DNA of 42,719 bases from a bacterium (lineage in GTDB: Bacteria > Verrucomicrobiota > Kiritimatiellia > RFP12 > UBA1067): NCBI GenBank assembly GCA_963661055.1, contig CAVLAC010000001.1, positions 1-42,719 of the forward strand, given 5' to 3'. Positions 26,638-37,599 of this stretch are shown here, piece after piece. Positions within the stretch are counted from its first letter, which is position 1, and every line of letters starts with the position of its first letter. A program made the position numbers and the translations under genes. The notes under the pieces were generated by a model. The model was given only the letters and a program-made list of their open reading frames with translations. It ran no database searches and was not told where the DNA came from.

Positions 26638-27873
26638 TTAAGTCGTGTAATCTGCGTTAATATGGACATAGTCCAGCGAGAAGTCGCAGGTATAAATCGT
26701 CGCCTCGTGCTTGCCGAGGTGCAAATCAACCGTGACTGTGAAGGAGTTCCCCTTCAAAACCTTCGCAAGCTTCGCCAATTGCGCGGCATCCGCTACCTTG
26801 CCAAAACGGAACGCCCACTCCTTGCCGTAGAGGACTTCCGTCTTCATATCCGTAACTGCCGCGCCCGAATAGCCAACTGCCGCGAGGACGCGTCCCCAGT
26901 TCGGGTCACGCCCAAACCAACTTGTCTTCGCGAGCGGACTCTTCGCAATCGCCCGCGCCGCACGCTCGGCATCCGTGGCACTCTTCGCACCCCGAACGGT
27001 GACTGTCACGAACTTAGTCGCGCCTTCGCCATCCGTCGCCATCTGCCGCGCAAGCGAAATGCACACTTCCTCAAGTGCCGCGCGAAAAGCCTCAAAGTCC
27101 TTGCCGCCACGCGTAATCGCGGCATTTCCCGCCTTGCCACTCGCAAGTATGAAGAGCGAGTCATTTGTGGACTCGTCACCATCCACAACCAAGCGGTTAA
27201 AGCTCTTGGCGAGGGCGAGTTTAAGTGCCCGCTTGAGCATTGCCCCCGAAATCGCGGCATCCGTCGTGATAAACCCGAGCATGGTTGCCATATTTGGCTC
27301 AATCATACCCGAACCCTTGCTCATACCGCCAATAGTGACGCGCTTGCCACCAATCGTCGTCTGGACGCACGCCTGTTTCGGGCGCGTATCGGTCGTCATA
27401 ACCGCCTTTTCAGCCGCGAGCCCATGTTTGGGGGTCGCCCCGAGCGCGGCACTTGCCGCTTTCATACCCTTGAGAAGGCGTTCCATCGGGAGGCGTCGCC
27501 CAATGACCCCCGTCGAGGCGACGAGCACGTGCTTCGGCGAAATCCCGAGTTCCCCCGCCGTAGCGAGTGCGGAAAGTTCCGCGTCCTTGAGCCCTTCTTC
27601 GCCTGTGCAGGCATTGGCGCACCCAGAATTGGCGAGAATCGCCTGAACGCGCCCACCCTTCATTACTTCGCGGTCATAAAGTACGGGCGCGGCAGCGACT
27701 TTGTTCGTCGTGAAAACTGCCGCGGCGACGCAGGGGGAGTCCGCCACAATGAGCGCGACATCATTCCGCCCCTCGTACTTAATCGCGGCAGGCACCCCCG
27801 CCGCACGGAACCCAGCGGCGGAGCAGACCCCGCCATCCTTAACGATCCGCAAGCTTGACATAGTCTCTTTCAT
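26638..27873 (-). CDS. argJ: Bifunctional glutamate N-acetyltransferase / amino-acid acetyltransferase
   Basis: ArgJ-like with the autoprocessing site region MATMLGFITTDA. The start is taken as ATG 27873 (MKETMSS...). ATG 27861 has an AAAGAG Shine-Dalgarno-like sequence and is equally possible. The track start 27942 is unlikely. Either start overlaps the end of gltA. Confidence 0.88.
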   Translation of the reverse strand: MKETMSSLRIVKDGGVCSAAGFRAAGVPAAIKYEGRNDVALIVADSPCVAAAVFTTNKVAAAPVLYDREVMKGGRVQAILANSGCANACTGEEGLKDAELSALATAGELGISPKHVLVASTGVIGRRLPMERLLKGMKAASAALGATPKHGLAAEKAVMTTDTRPKQACVQTTIGGKRVTIGGMSKGSGMIEPNMATMLGFITTDAAISGAMLKRALKLALAKSFNRLVVDGDESTNDSLFILASGKAGNAAITRGGKDFEAFRAALEEVCISLARQMATDGEGATKFVTVTVRGAKSATDAERAARAIAKSPLAKTSWFGRDPNWGRVLAAVGYSGAAVTDMKTEVLYGKEWAFRFGKVADAAQLAKLAKVLKGNSFTVTVDLHLGKHEATIYTCDFSLDYVHINADYTT

Positions 27874-29197
27874 GATAAATCGGCTTATACGCGGGACGGA
27901 TGATGGGGCCTTGGTTGACCAATTCCTCCATACGGTGAGCACACCAGCTCACGCAACGCGCCACCGCGAAAAGCGGCGTATACAAATCTTTCGGTATCCC
28001 GAGCATTTCGTAGACGAAGCCCGAGTAGAGGTCAACATTGGCGCAGACAGCATCCGCACGCGGATGGGTCTCACGGATGATTGTTGGGCCAATCTCCTCG
28101 ATGAGCTCGAAGAGGCGCATTTCGTCCGTGCGCTCCTTTTCCCGTGCCAGGCGCTCCGCCTTGACCTTCAGAAGCTGTGCACGCGGATCGGATATCGTAT
28201 AAACGGCGTGCCCGAGCCCATAAATGAGTCCCGTGCCATCGCCTGCCTTCTTATTCGCAATCTTGCGCAAATAGGCTTCGACTTCGGCGGGGTCGCGCCA
28301 ATCATTCGTATTCTCGCGAATCTCGTCCATCTGCCGCATAACCCGCAAGTTCGCGCCACCATGCCGCCGCCCCTTGAGGGAGAGAATAGATGCCGCGACC
28401 GAGGAATAGATGTCGGTATAGGCACTCGTGACGACATGGGTCGTGAAGGACGAGTTATTGCCGCCGCCGTGTTCCGCGTGCAAGATGAGCGCGAGGTCGA
28501 GAGTTTCCGCCTCAAGCTTCGTGTAGCGTCCGTCCTCACGGATGAGGGAGAGGATATTTTCCGCCGTCGACTTCTCAGGGTCGGGATTCCGTAGCATCAG
28601 CGACTGCCCGAGGTGGTAATGCGCCTTCGCCTGGTAGGAATACGCCGCGATAGTCGGCAGGCAACCAATGATTTCCACGGACTGCGCCAAGCACTTCTCG
28701 ACCGACAGGTCATCGGGGTCACCGCTCTCATCAAAGGCATAGGAGAAGAGAATCGCCCGCGCCATCGCGTTCATCACATCCCGCGACGGATTGGACATTA
28801 TGGCGTTTTCCTTAAAGCCATCCGACAGCCGGCGGTAGCGCCCAAGCTTCACATTCCAGTCCGCGAGCTGAGCGCTCGTAGGCAAGTCACCGAAAAGCAG
28901 CAAATATGCCGTCTCTTCATAGCCCATACGGTGGTCGCGCCGCGCACCTGCCGCGAGGTCCGCCACATTGATTCCGCGATAGAACAGCTCGCCAGGCACC
29001 GCCTGCTTCTCGCCTTCGCTGACCACATAGCCGTGGACATTGCCAATCGTCGTTAACCCAACGAGCACACCCGTGCCGTCATCATTGCGCAAGCCCCTCT
29101 TTACGTTGAACTTACGGTACAACGCAGGGTCTATCGCATCGGCTTTGCGTATCATCGCCGCCTGATTTCTTAACCAATTCTCGTCAAGCATCTGCAA
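27839..29197 (-). CDS. gltA: Citrate synthase
   Basis: 452 aa. Citrate-synthase family motifs LHAEHGGGNNS and GLGHAVY...DPR. Confidence 0.85.
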   Translation of the reverse strand: MQMLDENWLRNQAAMIRKADAIDPALYRKFNVKRGLRNDDGTGVLVGLTTIGNVHGYVVSEGEKQAVPGELFYRGINVADLAAGARRDHRMGYEETAYLLLFGDLPTSAQLADWNVKLGRYRRLSDGFKENAIMSNPSRDVMNAMARAILFSYAFDESGDPDDLSVEKCLAQSVEIIGCLPTIAAYSYQAKAHYHLGQSLMLRNPDPEKSTAENILSLIREDGRYTKLEAETLDLALILHAEHGGGNNSSFTTHVVTSAYTDIYSSVAASILSLKGRRHGGANLRVMRQMDEIRENTNDWRDPAEVEAYLRKIANKKAGDGTGLIYGLGHAVYTISDPRAQLLKVKAERLAREKERTDEMRLFELIEEIGPTIIRETHPRADAVCANVDLYSGFVYEMLGIPKDLYTPLFAVARCVSWCAHRMEELVNQGPIIRPAYKPIYHERDYVKLADR

Positions 29198-29217
29198 TCC
29201 TTACTTATTTGACATAA

Positions 29218-29223
29218 ATTATA
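29218..29223 (-). promoter_or_regulatory. Candidate -10 hexamer (TATAAT) for gltA
   Basis: The reverse complement is TTTAGGTATAAT, 20 nt upstream of the ATG at 29197. No TG extension and no clear -35. Confidence 0.3.
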
Positions 29224-29242
29224 CCTAAATATGACCGAATAC

Positions 29243-29280
29243 GCAATAGAAAAATTCTACTTTCTTAAATTTCCTATTGC
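29243..29280. promoter_or_regulatory. Imperfect 14-bp inverted repeat in the divergent gltA / SNF2 control region (candidate operator)
   Basis: GCAATAGAAAAATT...(10 nt)...AAATTTCCTATTGC. The arms match at 12 of 14 positions. The right arm overlaps the -35 of the SNF2 promoter. Confidence 0.35.
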
Positions 29281-29305
29281 AGTCTAATCCAAAAGATGAT
29301 ATACT
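29277..29305 (+). promoter_or_regulatory. Sigma-70-type promoter for the SNF2 gene (TTGCAG-17 nt-TGATATACT)
   Basis: -35 TTGCAG at 29277-29282, a 17-nt spacer ending in TGa, and -10 TATACT at 29300-29305. The track's ATG at 29296 lies inside this promoter. Confidence 0.45.
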
Positions 29306-29349
29306 TTATAGAAACTATGACTAGAAGTGGAATAACTAAAGAGGACATA

Positions 29350-31872
29350 ATGGCTTGGGCGGGACCCGTCGTCTTCAAGCAAGCCCTTATACTATGTAGT
29401 GAAGGCGTCGTCAAGAATGTCGCCTACAAACCTGCGACCCGCGAGTTCTCGGGCAAGATCGAGCAACTCGACGGATGGGGTATGCCCGTATCCTTCGTGT
29501 GGCTTCCCGATAACCGCGTCAAAAGCAATTGCCCCTGCCGACAGAATAAGCTCCTCGGGCAAATCTGCTTTCATGTGGTAGCCATTGGGCTCGCGCAGAT
29601 GGTTATGGAGATGGACGAGCTCGCCTCCAAGAAACCGCCCGCCCCGCCCAAACCCGTGGCCGCCCCCAAGAAGCAAGCCGCGCTCCCACCGCCCGAACCC
29701 AAGGAAGACGAATCGCGGTACATCCCCGTCGTAATGATGCCCAAGATGTCCATCTATGTCGCGGGTTCGCGAGCCTCCCTTTCCGTTGAGCTAGACGCCC
29801 ATTATGACGAAGTCGAGTTTCCCGCCTGCTCAGTCCAAACGGAACGCACGGTATGGCTCCCCGACCCCAACGATGAACTCGTGCGCCGCACCCGCAATAT
29901 GCCCGCCGAGCAGGATGCCGTCAAGGAAATCAAGCGCCACGGCTTTGAAGCGGGTTATCGCACGGGTGACCAGAAGTTCTATCTCACGAACCCCGCTAAG
30001 GTTCTCACCTTCCTCGGCGCAGGGCTCCCCGCCCTCCATCGTCTCGGATGGAACATTGAACTCGCCGATAAACTCACGAAGCTTACGGATAGCTACCCTT
30101 CCATCGTCCCTATCGTCACCGTGCGCGATGCTCCGAACGGAGACTTCGATATCGCCTATCGCTTTGAGGCTAAGGGGACGGAACTCTCGCCCATAGAGAT
30201 TCAAGCCGCCCTCAACCGCCGCGATGGCTTTATCGAGAAGAATGGCGAGATTATGCTCCTCGACTATCTTGCTGTGGAGCAAATGCATTCCGTGTTCTCG
30301 GACTGCGCCCCGCGGCAGAATGGTGCGCCCCCAGGCTGGTTCCGCGTCCCTGCCATTCACGCCGCCTATGTAAAGGCGACCCTCGATACACTCGATGTCG
30401 AAATTGACGATGCACGCGGCAAGAAGTGGCGCAAAAATGCCGCGCTCCGCAACCGCGAGAAGTCCGCGAAGTTCGAGCCCGTACCCCTCGGACCCCTCGA
30501 GAAAGTGCTGCGTCCCTACCAAAAGCAGGGCGTCTACTGGATGCGCTTCTTGGAAGATTCAGGTTTCGCGGGACTGCTCGCGGACGAAATGGGTCTCGGC
30601 AAGACAATTCAGACGCTCGCTTGGCTCTCTCTACCGCGCTCGGGCAATCAGGACGAAGAGAAGATGCCTGCGCTCGTCGTCTGCCCCACTTCGCTTGTGC
30701 GCAACTGGGAAGCGGAAGCCAATCGCTTTACCCCCGACCTCAAGGTTCTCGTTCTCTCGGGGATGTTCCGCCGTCAATTCTTCAAGGAGATTCCCAATGC
30801 AGACTTGGTCATTACCTCCTACGGAACCCTCCAGCGCGACATTGACATCTTGTACAGCAAGATGACCTTCTCGGCCATTGTACTCGATGAAGCCCAGCAC
30901 ATCAAGAACCGCCGCACGAAGACGACGCACGCGGTAAAGCGCCTGCTCACTCCCCGCCGCCTCGTTCTCACGGGCACCCCAATCGAGAACTCGGTCGCGG
31001 ATGTCTGGAGTATCTTTGACTTCCTTTTGCCAGGCTACCTCGGCAACTACGAACTCTTTAGGCGGCGGTTTGCTGAGCCCATCCTCTTGGGTGGTAGCCC
31101 CGCGAAAGATGCGCAGGATGGCCTTCGCCGCAAGATTCACCCCTTCATTATGCGCCGCTTAAAGAAGTCCGTCGCGAAGGATTTGCCCGATAAGATAGTG
31201 AAGATTTCGTACTGCCCAATGAGTGAGGAAGGCGAGCGCAAGTATCTCGCCGCCCTCACCAAGACGCGTACAAAGGCGGGCAACCTCGTCAAGAAGCAGG
31301 GCTTTGATAAGGCACGCTTTGAGATTCTTGCCCTCCTTATGAAGTTGCGCCAAATTGCCTCCCTCGGCAAGATGGAAGCTTTCTTCGAGCAGTTGATGGA
31401 CGCAATTGAGGGCGGACACAAGATCCTCGTCTTCTCGCAGTTCTTGAACACCCTCAAACTCATCTCCAAGGAGCTTGACGCGCGCGGCATTAAGTTCTGC
31501 TACCTCGATGGCACAACCAAGGAGCGCTTGACGATCTGCAACCAATTCAACCACTCCCCCGACATCCCTGTCTTCCTCATCTCGCTTATGGCTGGCGGAA
31601 CAGGTCTCAACTTGACGGGCGCGGATATGGTTATTCACTTCGACCCGTGGTGGAATCCCGCCGTGGAAGATCAGGCGACGGACCGTGCCCACCGTATCGG
31701 ACAGAAGAAGAATGTCTACGCGATTAAGATGATCTCTTCCCATACCATCGAAGAGAAAGTCCTCGCCTTGCAGCGTCGTAAGCAAGCCATTATCGCGGCA
31801 ACCATCCAGACGACGGATGTCGCGATTATGGAAAAGCTGACGGCGGAAGACTTGAACGAGTTGCTCTCTTAA
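29350..31872 (+). CDS. SWIM zinc-finger / SNF2-family helicase (RapA or YwqA-like architecture)
   Basis: N-terminal SWIM motif [21 protein letters not shown]2 ATPase motifs [12 protein letters not shown] and DEAQHIKN. Helicase-C region [37 protein letters not shown]. The start is set at ATG 29350, preceded by AAAGAGGA. The longest ORF starts at 29296. Confidence 0.88.
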   Translation: MAWAGPVVFKQALILCSEGVVKNVAYKPATREFSGKIEQLDGWGMPVSFVWLPDNRVKSNCPCRQNKLLGQICFHVVAIGLAQMVMEMDELASKKPPAPPKPVAAPKKQAALPPPEPKEDESRYIPVVMMPKMSIYVAGSRASLSVELDAHYDEVEFPACSVQTERTVWLPDPNDELVRRTRNMPAEQDAVKEIKRHGFEAGYRTGDQKFYLTNPAKVLTFLGAGLPALHRLGWNIELADKLTKLTDSYPSIVPIVTVRDAPNGDFDIAYRFEAKGTELSPIEIQAALNRRDGFIEKNGEIMLLDYLAVEQMHSVFSDCAPRQNGAPPGWFRVPAIHAAYVKATLDTLDVEIDDARGKKWRKNAALRNREKSAKFEPVPLGPLEKVLRPYQKQGVYWMRFLEDSGFAGLLADEMGLGKTIQTLAWLSLPRSGNQDEEKMPALVVCPTSLVRNWEAEANRFTPDLKVLVLSGMFRRQFFKEIPNADLVITSYGTLQRDIDILYSKMTFSAIVLDEAQHIKNRRTKTTHAVKRLLTPRRLVLTGTPIENSVADVWSIFDFLLPGYLGNYELFRRRFAEPILLGGSPAKDAQDGLRRKIHPFIMRRLKKSVAKDLPDKIVKISYCPMSEEGERKYLAALTKTRTKAGNLVKKQGFDKARFEILALLMKLRQIASLGKMEAFFEQLMDAIEGGHKILVFSQFLNTLKLISKELDARGIKFCYLDGTTKERLTICNQFNHSPDIPVFLISLMAGGTGLNLTGADMVIHFDPWWNPAVEDQATDRAHRIGQKKNVYAIKMISSHTIEEKVLALQRRKQAIIAATIQTTDVAIMEKLTAEDLNELLS

Positions 31873-32270
31873 TCGAGACTCACGGGGCGGCGATTCGCCT
31901 TCTTTTCCGCGTGCATACGCTTATCGGCAAGCATCCGTTGCTTTTGCCGCCGCGAGCGCCGCCGCTTCTGGCGGCGTTTCTTCTCACGGAGCTGTTGCGC
32001 GGCACTTTTGCGTCCCTGCTCCCTCGCCAAAATAGCTTCCGCGAGCATACGCCGCGCAAGCCACCGATTCGTTTCGCGACTACGCGTTTCCCCACACCGC
32101 ACGGCGAGTCCGCTCGGCTCATGGGCAAGGCGCACGACACTGGAGGTCTTGTTGGTCTTTTGTCCGCCAGGACCGCCCCCCAGAATGAAAGTCTCCTCCA
32201 AATCCTCTTCAAAGACCGAGGCTTCGACCATTAAGGCGCGAATACTCGCTATTTTCTCAGGAGAAATCAT
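31869..32270 (-). CDS. arfB: Peptidyl-tRNA hydrolase ArfB (GGQ-domain alternative ribosome-rescue factor)
   Basis: 133 aa. GGQ motif [13 protein letters not shown] plus a strongly basic C-terminal tail ([18 protein letters not shown]). Its stop codon overlaps the SNF2 stop codon (shared TTAA). Confidence 0.8.
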   Translation of the reverse strand: MISPEKIASIRALMVEASVFEEDLEETFILGGGPGGQKTNKTSSVVRLAHEPSGLAVRCGETRSRETNRWLARRMLAEAILAREQGRKSAAQQLREKKRRQKRRRSRRQKQRMLADKRMHAEKKANRRPVSLD

Positions 32271-32279
32271 AGAATGGAC

Positions 32280-33869
32280 TTAGTATTGGAAACCTGGAAT
32301 AATCGTCTGCCGCGCTTTTTTCGCCGTCTTCGGATAATCGAGCGTATAGTGAAGTCCACGGCTCTCGTGACGCTTCTGAGCGGAATGCACAATCAACTCC
32401 GCGCAAACAGCAAGATTGCGCAATTCAAGCGTATCAGGCGTCACCAAATACTTGAAGTAGTACTCACGAATTTCGCGGCGAAGCGTACGGATACGATGTG
32501 CCGCGCGGGCAAGGCGCTTGTTGGTACGCACAATCCCGACATAGTCCCACATCAAACGGCGAATTTCGTCCCACATATGGGCAACAAGCACCGCTTCATC
32601 GGGTGGGACGGCGTTCCCAATGCGCCATGCGGGGATTTCAGGTGGCTTTTTCGCGAATTTCTCGGGGTTTGCCCCCAGCCGCGCCGCCGTGAGGCGTGCA
32701 CAAACGAGGGCTTCCATAAGTGAATTAGAAGCTAGGCGATTTGCCCCGTGGAGTCCCGTCGAGGCACATTCCCCGACCGCCGAGAGCCCCGGAATCGTCG
32801 TGCGTCCATCGGTCGTCGCCTGAATACCACCGCAGGTATAATGCGCGGCAGGGACAATCGGGATGAGGTCTTTTGCCATATCAATCCCGAACTCCATACA
32901 TTTATGGTAAATATTCGGGAAACGATTCATCAAATAGGCACGCCCCTTGGCACGGATGTCGAGATACATACAGTCATCGCCCGTCCGTTTCATCTCCGAG
33001 TCAATCGACCGCGCCACAATATCCCGCGGCGCAAGAGATCCGCGAGGGTCGTACTTCTGCATAAATTCGCGTCCGTGCTTATCCACGAGCACCGCGCCTT
33101 CGCCACGGACCGCTTCCGAAATCAAGAAGCGCTTCGCTTGCGGATGGAAGAGGCAAGTCGGGTGGAATTGGATGAATTCCATATTCTCAATTGCCGCGCC
33201 TGCCCGCCACGCGAGAGCAATGCCATCGCCCGTAGCCGTATCGGGATTGCAAGTATAGAGATAAACCTTACCGCACCCACCCGTCGCGAGGATGGTGTTC
33301 GGCGAGCGAATCGCATAGATTTCACCCGAGACCTTATCCATTACATACGCGCCAAGACACCGATTTTCACCCTTAAGCCCAATGCGGCGGCTCATAATGA
33401 GGTCAATGACGATGGTGTGCTCACGCAAGTCGGCTCCACAAGTCTTGGCGCGGCGAATCATTGCCGCCTCGCACTTTTCGCCTGTGATGTCGCCCGCGTG
33501 GAAAATGCGCCGCTCGCAGTGTCCGCCTTCCCGCGTCAAATCCCAAGAGCCATCTTTCTTCTTCGCGAACTTAACTCCGCAATCAATGAGATCCTGTATG
33601 CCCTCTGGCGCGTGCTCGCAAATCTCGCGAACCACCGCCTTCTTGCCAAGCCACGCCCCCGCAATCATCGTATCTTGCACATGCTTTTCGAAGGAGTCGG
33701 CGGGGTCCATCACGCAACAAATGCCGCCCTGTGCAAAGTTAGAATTGCAATCCTTTAAGCGCTCTTTTGTGACAAGAACGACCTTGCCTTTCTTAGCAAG
33801 ATGCAGGGCACTAATGAGCCCCGCCATGCCCGAACCGACAATAAAGTAATCGCAATCTACAATCTTCAT
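32280..33869 (-). CDS. nadB: L-aspartate oxidase
   Basis: 529 aa. FAD motif FIVGSGMAGL and NadB-like sequence throughout (RFLISEAVRGEGA, LHGANRLASNSL). Confidence 0.92.
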   Translation of the reverse strand: MKIVDCDYFIVGSGMAGLISALHLAKKGKVVLVTKERLKDCNSNFAQGGICCVMDPADSFEKHVQDTMIAGAWLGKKAVVREICEHAPEGIQDLIDCGVKFAKKKDGSWDLTREGGHCERRIFHAGDITGEKCEAAMIRRAKTCGADLREHTIVIDLIMSRRIGLKGENRCLGAYVMDKVSGEIYAIRSPNTILATGGCGKVYLYTCNPDTATGDGIALAWRAGAAIENMEFIQFHPTCLFHPQAKRFLISEAVRGEGAVLVDKHGREFMQKYDPRGSLAPRDIVARSIDSEMKRTGDDCMYLDIRAKGRAYLMNRFPNIYHKCMEFGIDMAKDLIPIVPAAHYTCGGIQATTDGRTTIPGLSAVGECASTGLHGANRLASNSLMEALVCARLTAARLGANPEKFAKKPPEIPAWRIGNAVPPDEAVLVAHMWDEIRRLMWDYVGIVRTNKRLARAAHRIRTLRREIREYYFKYLVTPDTLELRNLAVCAELIVHSAQKRHESRGLHYTLDYPKTAKKARQTIIPGFQY

Positions 33870-33875
33870 AGCAAA

Positions 33876-35099
33876 TTAAAGCACTTTCTCAAGCCGCGCA
33901 ATGGCTTCCAAGACATTCTCGCGCGAGTTAAACGCCGAAATGCGAATATACCCCTCGCCCGCCTTGCCGAAGCCCGCGCCAGGCGTGGTGACCACATTCG
34001 CTTCCTTAAGAAGCTTATCGAAGAAGACCCAGCTATCGCCCTTCACATCCACCCAGAGATAAGGCGAGTCAGTTCCGCCCGTCACGGTAAAGCCGCGCGC
34101 GGCAAGGGCTTCTTTCATCAACTTGGCATTTTCCAAATAGAAGTCAATCGTCGCCTTCGTCTCGGCTTGCCCCTCGGGAGAATAGACGGCTTCCGCACCG
34201 CGCTGGGCGACATAGCTCGCGCCATTGAACTTTGTCGTCTGCCGCCGCGCCCACATCGGACGCAACTCCACCGCTTCGCCCGCCTTCGTATACGCCATAA
34301 GCCCCTTCGGGACAACCGTGTAGCCGCAACGAATGCCCGTAAAACCCGCTGTCTTTGAGAAACTACGGAACTCTATCGCACACGTCCGCGCCCCCTCGCA
34401 TTCGTAGATGGAATGCGGAATGCCAGGCGTACGAATAAACGCCTCATATGCCGCGTCAAAGAGGAGGAGCGCCTTCTTCGCATTCGCCCAATCTACCCAC
34501 GCCTGAAGCTGCGCCTTCGTGGCAACTGCGCCAGTCGGATTATTCGGATAGCACAAATAAACGATATCCGCGTCACCCGCCGCCTCAGGGCTCGGCACAA
34601 AGCCATTTGCCGCGTTGCAGGTGAGATAGGTGAGCCCCGCATACTGTCCGTTCTCATTCGCGCCTGTGCGCCCCGCCATTACATTTGTATCGACATAAAC
34701 GGGATAAACAGGATCGCCAACGGCAATTTTGACATCCTTGCCAAAGAGTTCCTGAATATTGCCGCAGTCGCACTTCGCACCATCCGAAACAAAGATTTCG
34801 TCCGCGTCAATAGAAATGCCGCGCGCGGCAAAGTCGACGGACGCAATCTTCTCACGCAAAAAGGCGTGCCCTTGCTCAGGTCCATAGCCGTGGAATGTAG
34901 CGCGAGAGCCCTCATCGTCCACCGCCTTGTGCATCGCCGCGAGCACGCTGGGGGCTAGGGGTTCCGTCACATCGCCAATGCCAAGACGGATAATCTTCGC
35001 GTCGGGGTGCGCGGCTTGATGTGCCGCGACGCGGTGCGCAATTTCCGTAAAAAGGTAGCTTGCCTGAATCTTTTGATAGTTTTCGTTAACGAGTAACAT
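33876..35099 (-). CDS. dapL: LL-diaminopimelate aminotransferase
   Basis: 407 aa. The N-terminus [20 protein letters not shown]...[12 protein letters not shown] is characteristic of DapL. PLP-lysine region [10 protein letters not shown]. Confidence 0.88.
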   Translation of the reverse strand: MLLVNENYQKIQASYLFTEIAHRVAAHQAAHPDAKIIRLGIGDVTEPLAPSVLAAMHKAVDDEGSRATFHGYGPEQGHAFLREKIASVDFAARGISIDADEIFVSDGAKCDCGNIQELFGKDVKIAVGDPVYPVYVDTNVMAGRTGANENGQYAGLTYLTCNAANGFVPSPEAAGDADIVYLCYPNNPTGAVATKAQLQAWVDWANAKKALLLFDAAYEAFIRTPGIPHSIYECEGARTCAIEFRSFSKTAGFTGIRCGYTVVPKGLMAYTKAGEAVELRPMWARRQTTKFNGASYVAQRGAEAVYSPEGQAETKATIDFYLENAKLMKEALAARGFTVTGGTDSPYLWVDVKGDSWVFFDKLLKEANVVTTPGAGFGKAGEGYIRISAFNSRENVLEAIARLEKVL

Positions 35100-35118
35100 A
35101 GGGGAATATCCTTATAAA

Positions 35119-36570
35119 TTAGTTCTTGAAATCTATTAGGTGCCCAACGAGCGAGCGAATGCCGCGATAATAGAAGGAAAAATCAAATAAGTTCCGTGTG
35201 GTCGTCAGGCGATGCCAGAGGGCGCGGGGTTGCAAAAAGCCACGATAAACACAGCGAATCGCGTCCTTGATTTGTGCCTCAGTGGCGTACGGAGTTTTCG
35301 TAATGGCGCGGCGCATATCATATTCGTCCCAATCGCGGGTGGTGAGCCCATCCGCCGCGTCCAATTCCTTGAAAAGCGGGGTGCCAGGATACGGAATCGT
35401 CAATGTGCACTGCAAAGTGGAAGCACGCCCTTGGGCAAGGAGTTTGCGGGCGAGTGCCACCGTCTTCGCAATCTCGGCGGGACCCTCCCACGCGTGCCCA
35501 AACATAAAGGTCAAATGCACATCGAGCCCCGCGTCACTTGCCCACTTGGAACCGTCCTCGACATCCTTGACCGTCAACTTCTTGCAGAAGCGGTCGAGCG
35601 TCTCTTGGTTAGCCGATTCCACCCCAAAAAGCACCAAGCGAAAGCCCGCCTTGCGCATAAGGCGATAGTCGTCCGCCGTGAGCCTACCAAAGCGCATATT
35701 ACAGTCAATTCGCACCTTACGATTAAGCCCACGCCGAATCATCTCATTGCAAAATGTCGTCAGCCACTCGCCCACTGGGAAGGAGCCCGAATCGTCCATT
35801 ATCTCCTTCACGCCATATTTATTGACGAGACAGTCAATTTCATCAATGACATCATTCACATTGCGGGTGCGATAAGTCGGGTAGAGGGTCGTCCAGCTAC
35901 AAAAAGTGCATTTCGCGTGCCAACAGTCGCGTCCGGACATAATATAAGTGCCTGGCGTACGGCGAAAGTTGCCATTCTTCTTCGCGTAAAGTTCCCAATG
36001 CACCAAATCACGGTCAATCCACGGCGCGGTATTGAGGTCGTGGTCGAGCTTGAAGCGTCCTGTATTGCAAATCTCACCTGCCGCGTTACGATACCAAATG
36101 CCCGCCTCAAATGTCGCGGAATCAAAACAGGAATGGACTACACTACTGAGGAGAAAGTCCCAATCGCCCCCCGTGAGGATATAGTCGACGGGGCACGCCT
36201 TCATCGATTCCTCGGGAAGTGCCGTCACATGGTCGCCGACAAGAATCGTAAGTGCCGCGCTTTTCTTCTTGAAGTCCGTTATCCATTGCCAATGACGCTT
36301 GACGACGGGGGTTTTTGTCTCCAAAACCACGACTTCAGGCGCAAATGCCGCGAGTTTCGCCTCAAATTCCTCAGGCGTGAGTTCTGCCGCGATGCCATCG
36401 AGGAACAGGACTTCGTGCCCCGCCTTCTTGAGCATCGTCGCCGCCGTCGCGGGGACAACAGGGAAAATATAAGTTGGTCTAGAGAACCACTGAAATTGGC
36501 GGTTTTGGGTTAGAAGCGGAATCCCCTTCTCGCTTTTTAAGGGCGGATAGGCAATCGCTATCTTCATCAA
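35119..36570 (-). CDS. B12-binding-domain radical SAM enzyme, function unknown
   Basis: 483 aa. N-terminal cobalamin-binding-like Rossmann domain (KIAIAYPP...HEVLFLDG...VVVLETKTP). The Cys triad DCWHAKCTFC (C216, C221, C224; nt 35899-35925) has CX4CX2C spacing. Elp3/radical-SAM core follows (LVLFGVESANQ). Confidence 0.75.
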   Translation of the reverse strand: MMKIAIAYPPLKSEKGIPLLTQNRQFQWFSRPTYIFPVVPATAATMLKKAGHEVLFLDGIAAELTPEEFEAKLAAFAPEVVVLETKTPVVKRHWQWITDFKKKSAALTILVGDHVTALPEESMKACPVDYILTGGDWDFLLSSVVHSCFDSATFEAGIWYRNAAGEICNTGRFKLDHDLNTAPWIDRDLVHWELYAKKNGNFRRTPGTYIMSGRDCWHAKCTFCSWTTLYPTYRTRNVNDVIDEIDCLVNKYGVKEIMDDSGSFPVGEWLTTFCNEMIRRGLNRKVRIDCNMRFGRLTADDYRLMRKAGFRLVLFGVESANQETLDRFCKKLTVKDVEDGSKWASDAGLDVHLTFMFGHAWEGPAEIAKTVALARKLLAQGRASTLQCTLTIPYPGTPLFKELDAADGLTTRDWDEYDMRRAITKTPYATEAQIKDAIRCVYRGFLQPRALWHRLTTTRNLFDFSFYYRGIRSLVGHLIDFKN

Positions 36571-36576
36571 GCACCC

Positions 36577-37599
36577 TTACCACGCATAGCCGAGACCGAC
36601 AATGTAACGGATGTCGCTCGACTTGCGTCCCTCGCTCGGACGAGAATTGTACTCCCACTCAATCTTAGCGATGAAGTTGAAGTCCATAATAATCTTCGTC
36701 GTGAACCCAACATCCGCCTTCATGATGTAGTGTTCCCAGTCATCAATTTGCGGATAGTACTCGAGATTGTGGAATCCATTCACGCCCTCGTTCCATTTCG
36801 GAACATAGGTGAGGTGGTGGGCATAACGAAGTGCCGCGTAGCTTTCGTCGCCATTTGCAGGACGGATATGATAGTTATCACGAAACCAAGTTGCACCAGC
36901 CTCTTGGTTGAAGCTCCAAACACCCGTCGTCTCAAAACGCCGCGCATCAAGCCACTGATAGCCAACGCCCAAACCGAGACGGACGCGATTGTCGAGTCCC
37001 GCGATGGAATCTTCCTCATAACGCGCATTCTCGAAGGTGTAGACGGCGGGACGCCAGAAGTGGTCGTGTTGACCCTCAACCTCCCAGCGGTCGGTCGTTT
37101 TATCGCGGTCAGCCTTAGAAGTGCCTGTTTCTGAATAGTAGTAGCCAAAATCAGCATTGACGCGGTCTTCTTCCCAACGGCGATTGACATTCGCAATCAA
37201 AGAAGCCGAATTCTGGTAAGTATTGCCGCGCGCGGCAGTATAGGAGGCATTCACCGACCCGTGCCACGTCTCAACGCCAGGGTCAATCGCCTTGACATTC
37301 GCCGTATCAAGGGGCTTGCCCTCAGCAATGAAAACTCCGTTCGAGACGGTCATCGACTTCGTCTCGCGGGACATATCCGTATACTGCACGGTATGGTCGT
37401 GGGGCGTATCCAAGGACGCAATCTTCGCGAGGGGCACTTCAATATCCCCAAGGTCCTCGGAGGCAAAGACGAGTTTATCACCCTTCACAATACCCGCCGT
37501 ACCCGACAAACGCGAACCCGAAAGAAGCGTCAGGGTATCCGCCGAAACCATTGCGCTTACAAAAAGCGCGCTAACTACTAGAAGAGAACGCATTTTCAT
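36577..37599 (-). CDS. DUF481-type (YdiY-like) outer-membrane beta-barrel protein
   Basis: 340 aa. Signal peptide MKMRSLLVVSALFVSAMVSA, alternating beta-strand pattern and terminal aromatic residue (GLGYAW). Confidence 0.6.
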   Translation of the reverse strand: MKMRSLLVVSALFVSAMVSADTLTLLSGSRLSGTAGIVKGDKLVFASEDLGDIEVPLAKIASLDTPHDHTVQYTDMSRETKSMTVSNGVFIAEGKPLDTANVKAIDPGVETWHGSVNASYTAARGNTYQNSASLIANVNRRWEEDRVNADFGYYYSETGTSKADRDKTTDRWEVEGQHDHFWRPAVYTFENARYEEDSIAGLDNRVRLGLGVGYQWLDARRFETTGVWSFNQEAGATWFRDNYHIRPANGDESYAALRYAHHLTYVPKWNEGVNGFHNLEYYPQIDDWEHYIMKADVGFTTKIIMDFNFIAKIEWEYNSRPSEGRKSSDIRYIVGLGYAW

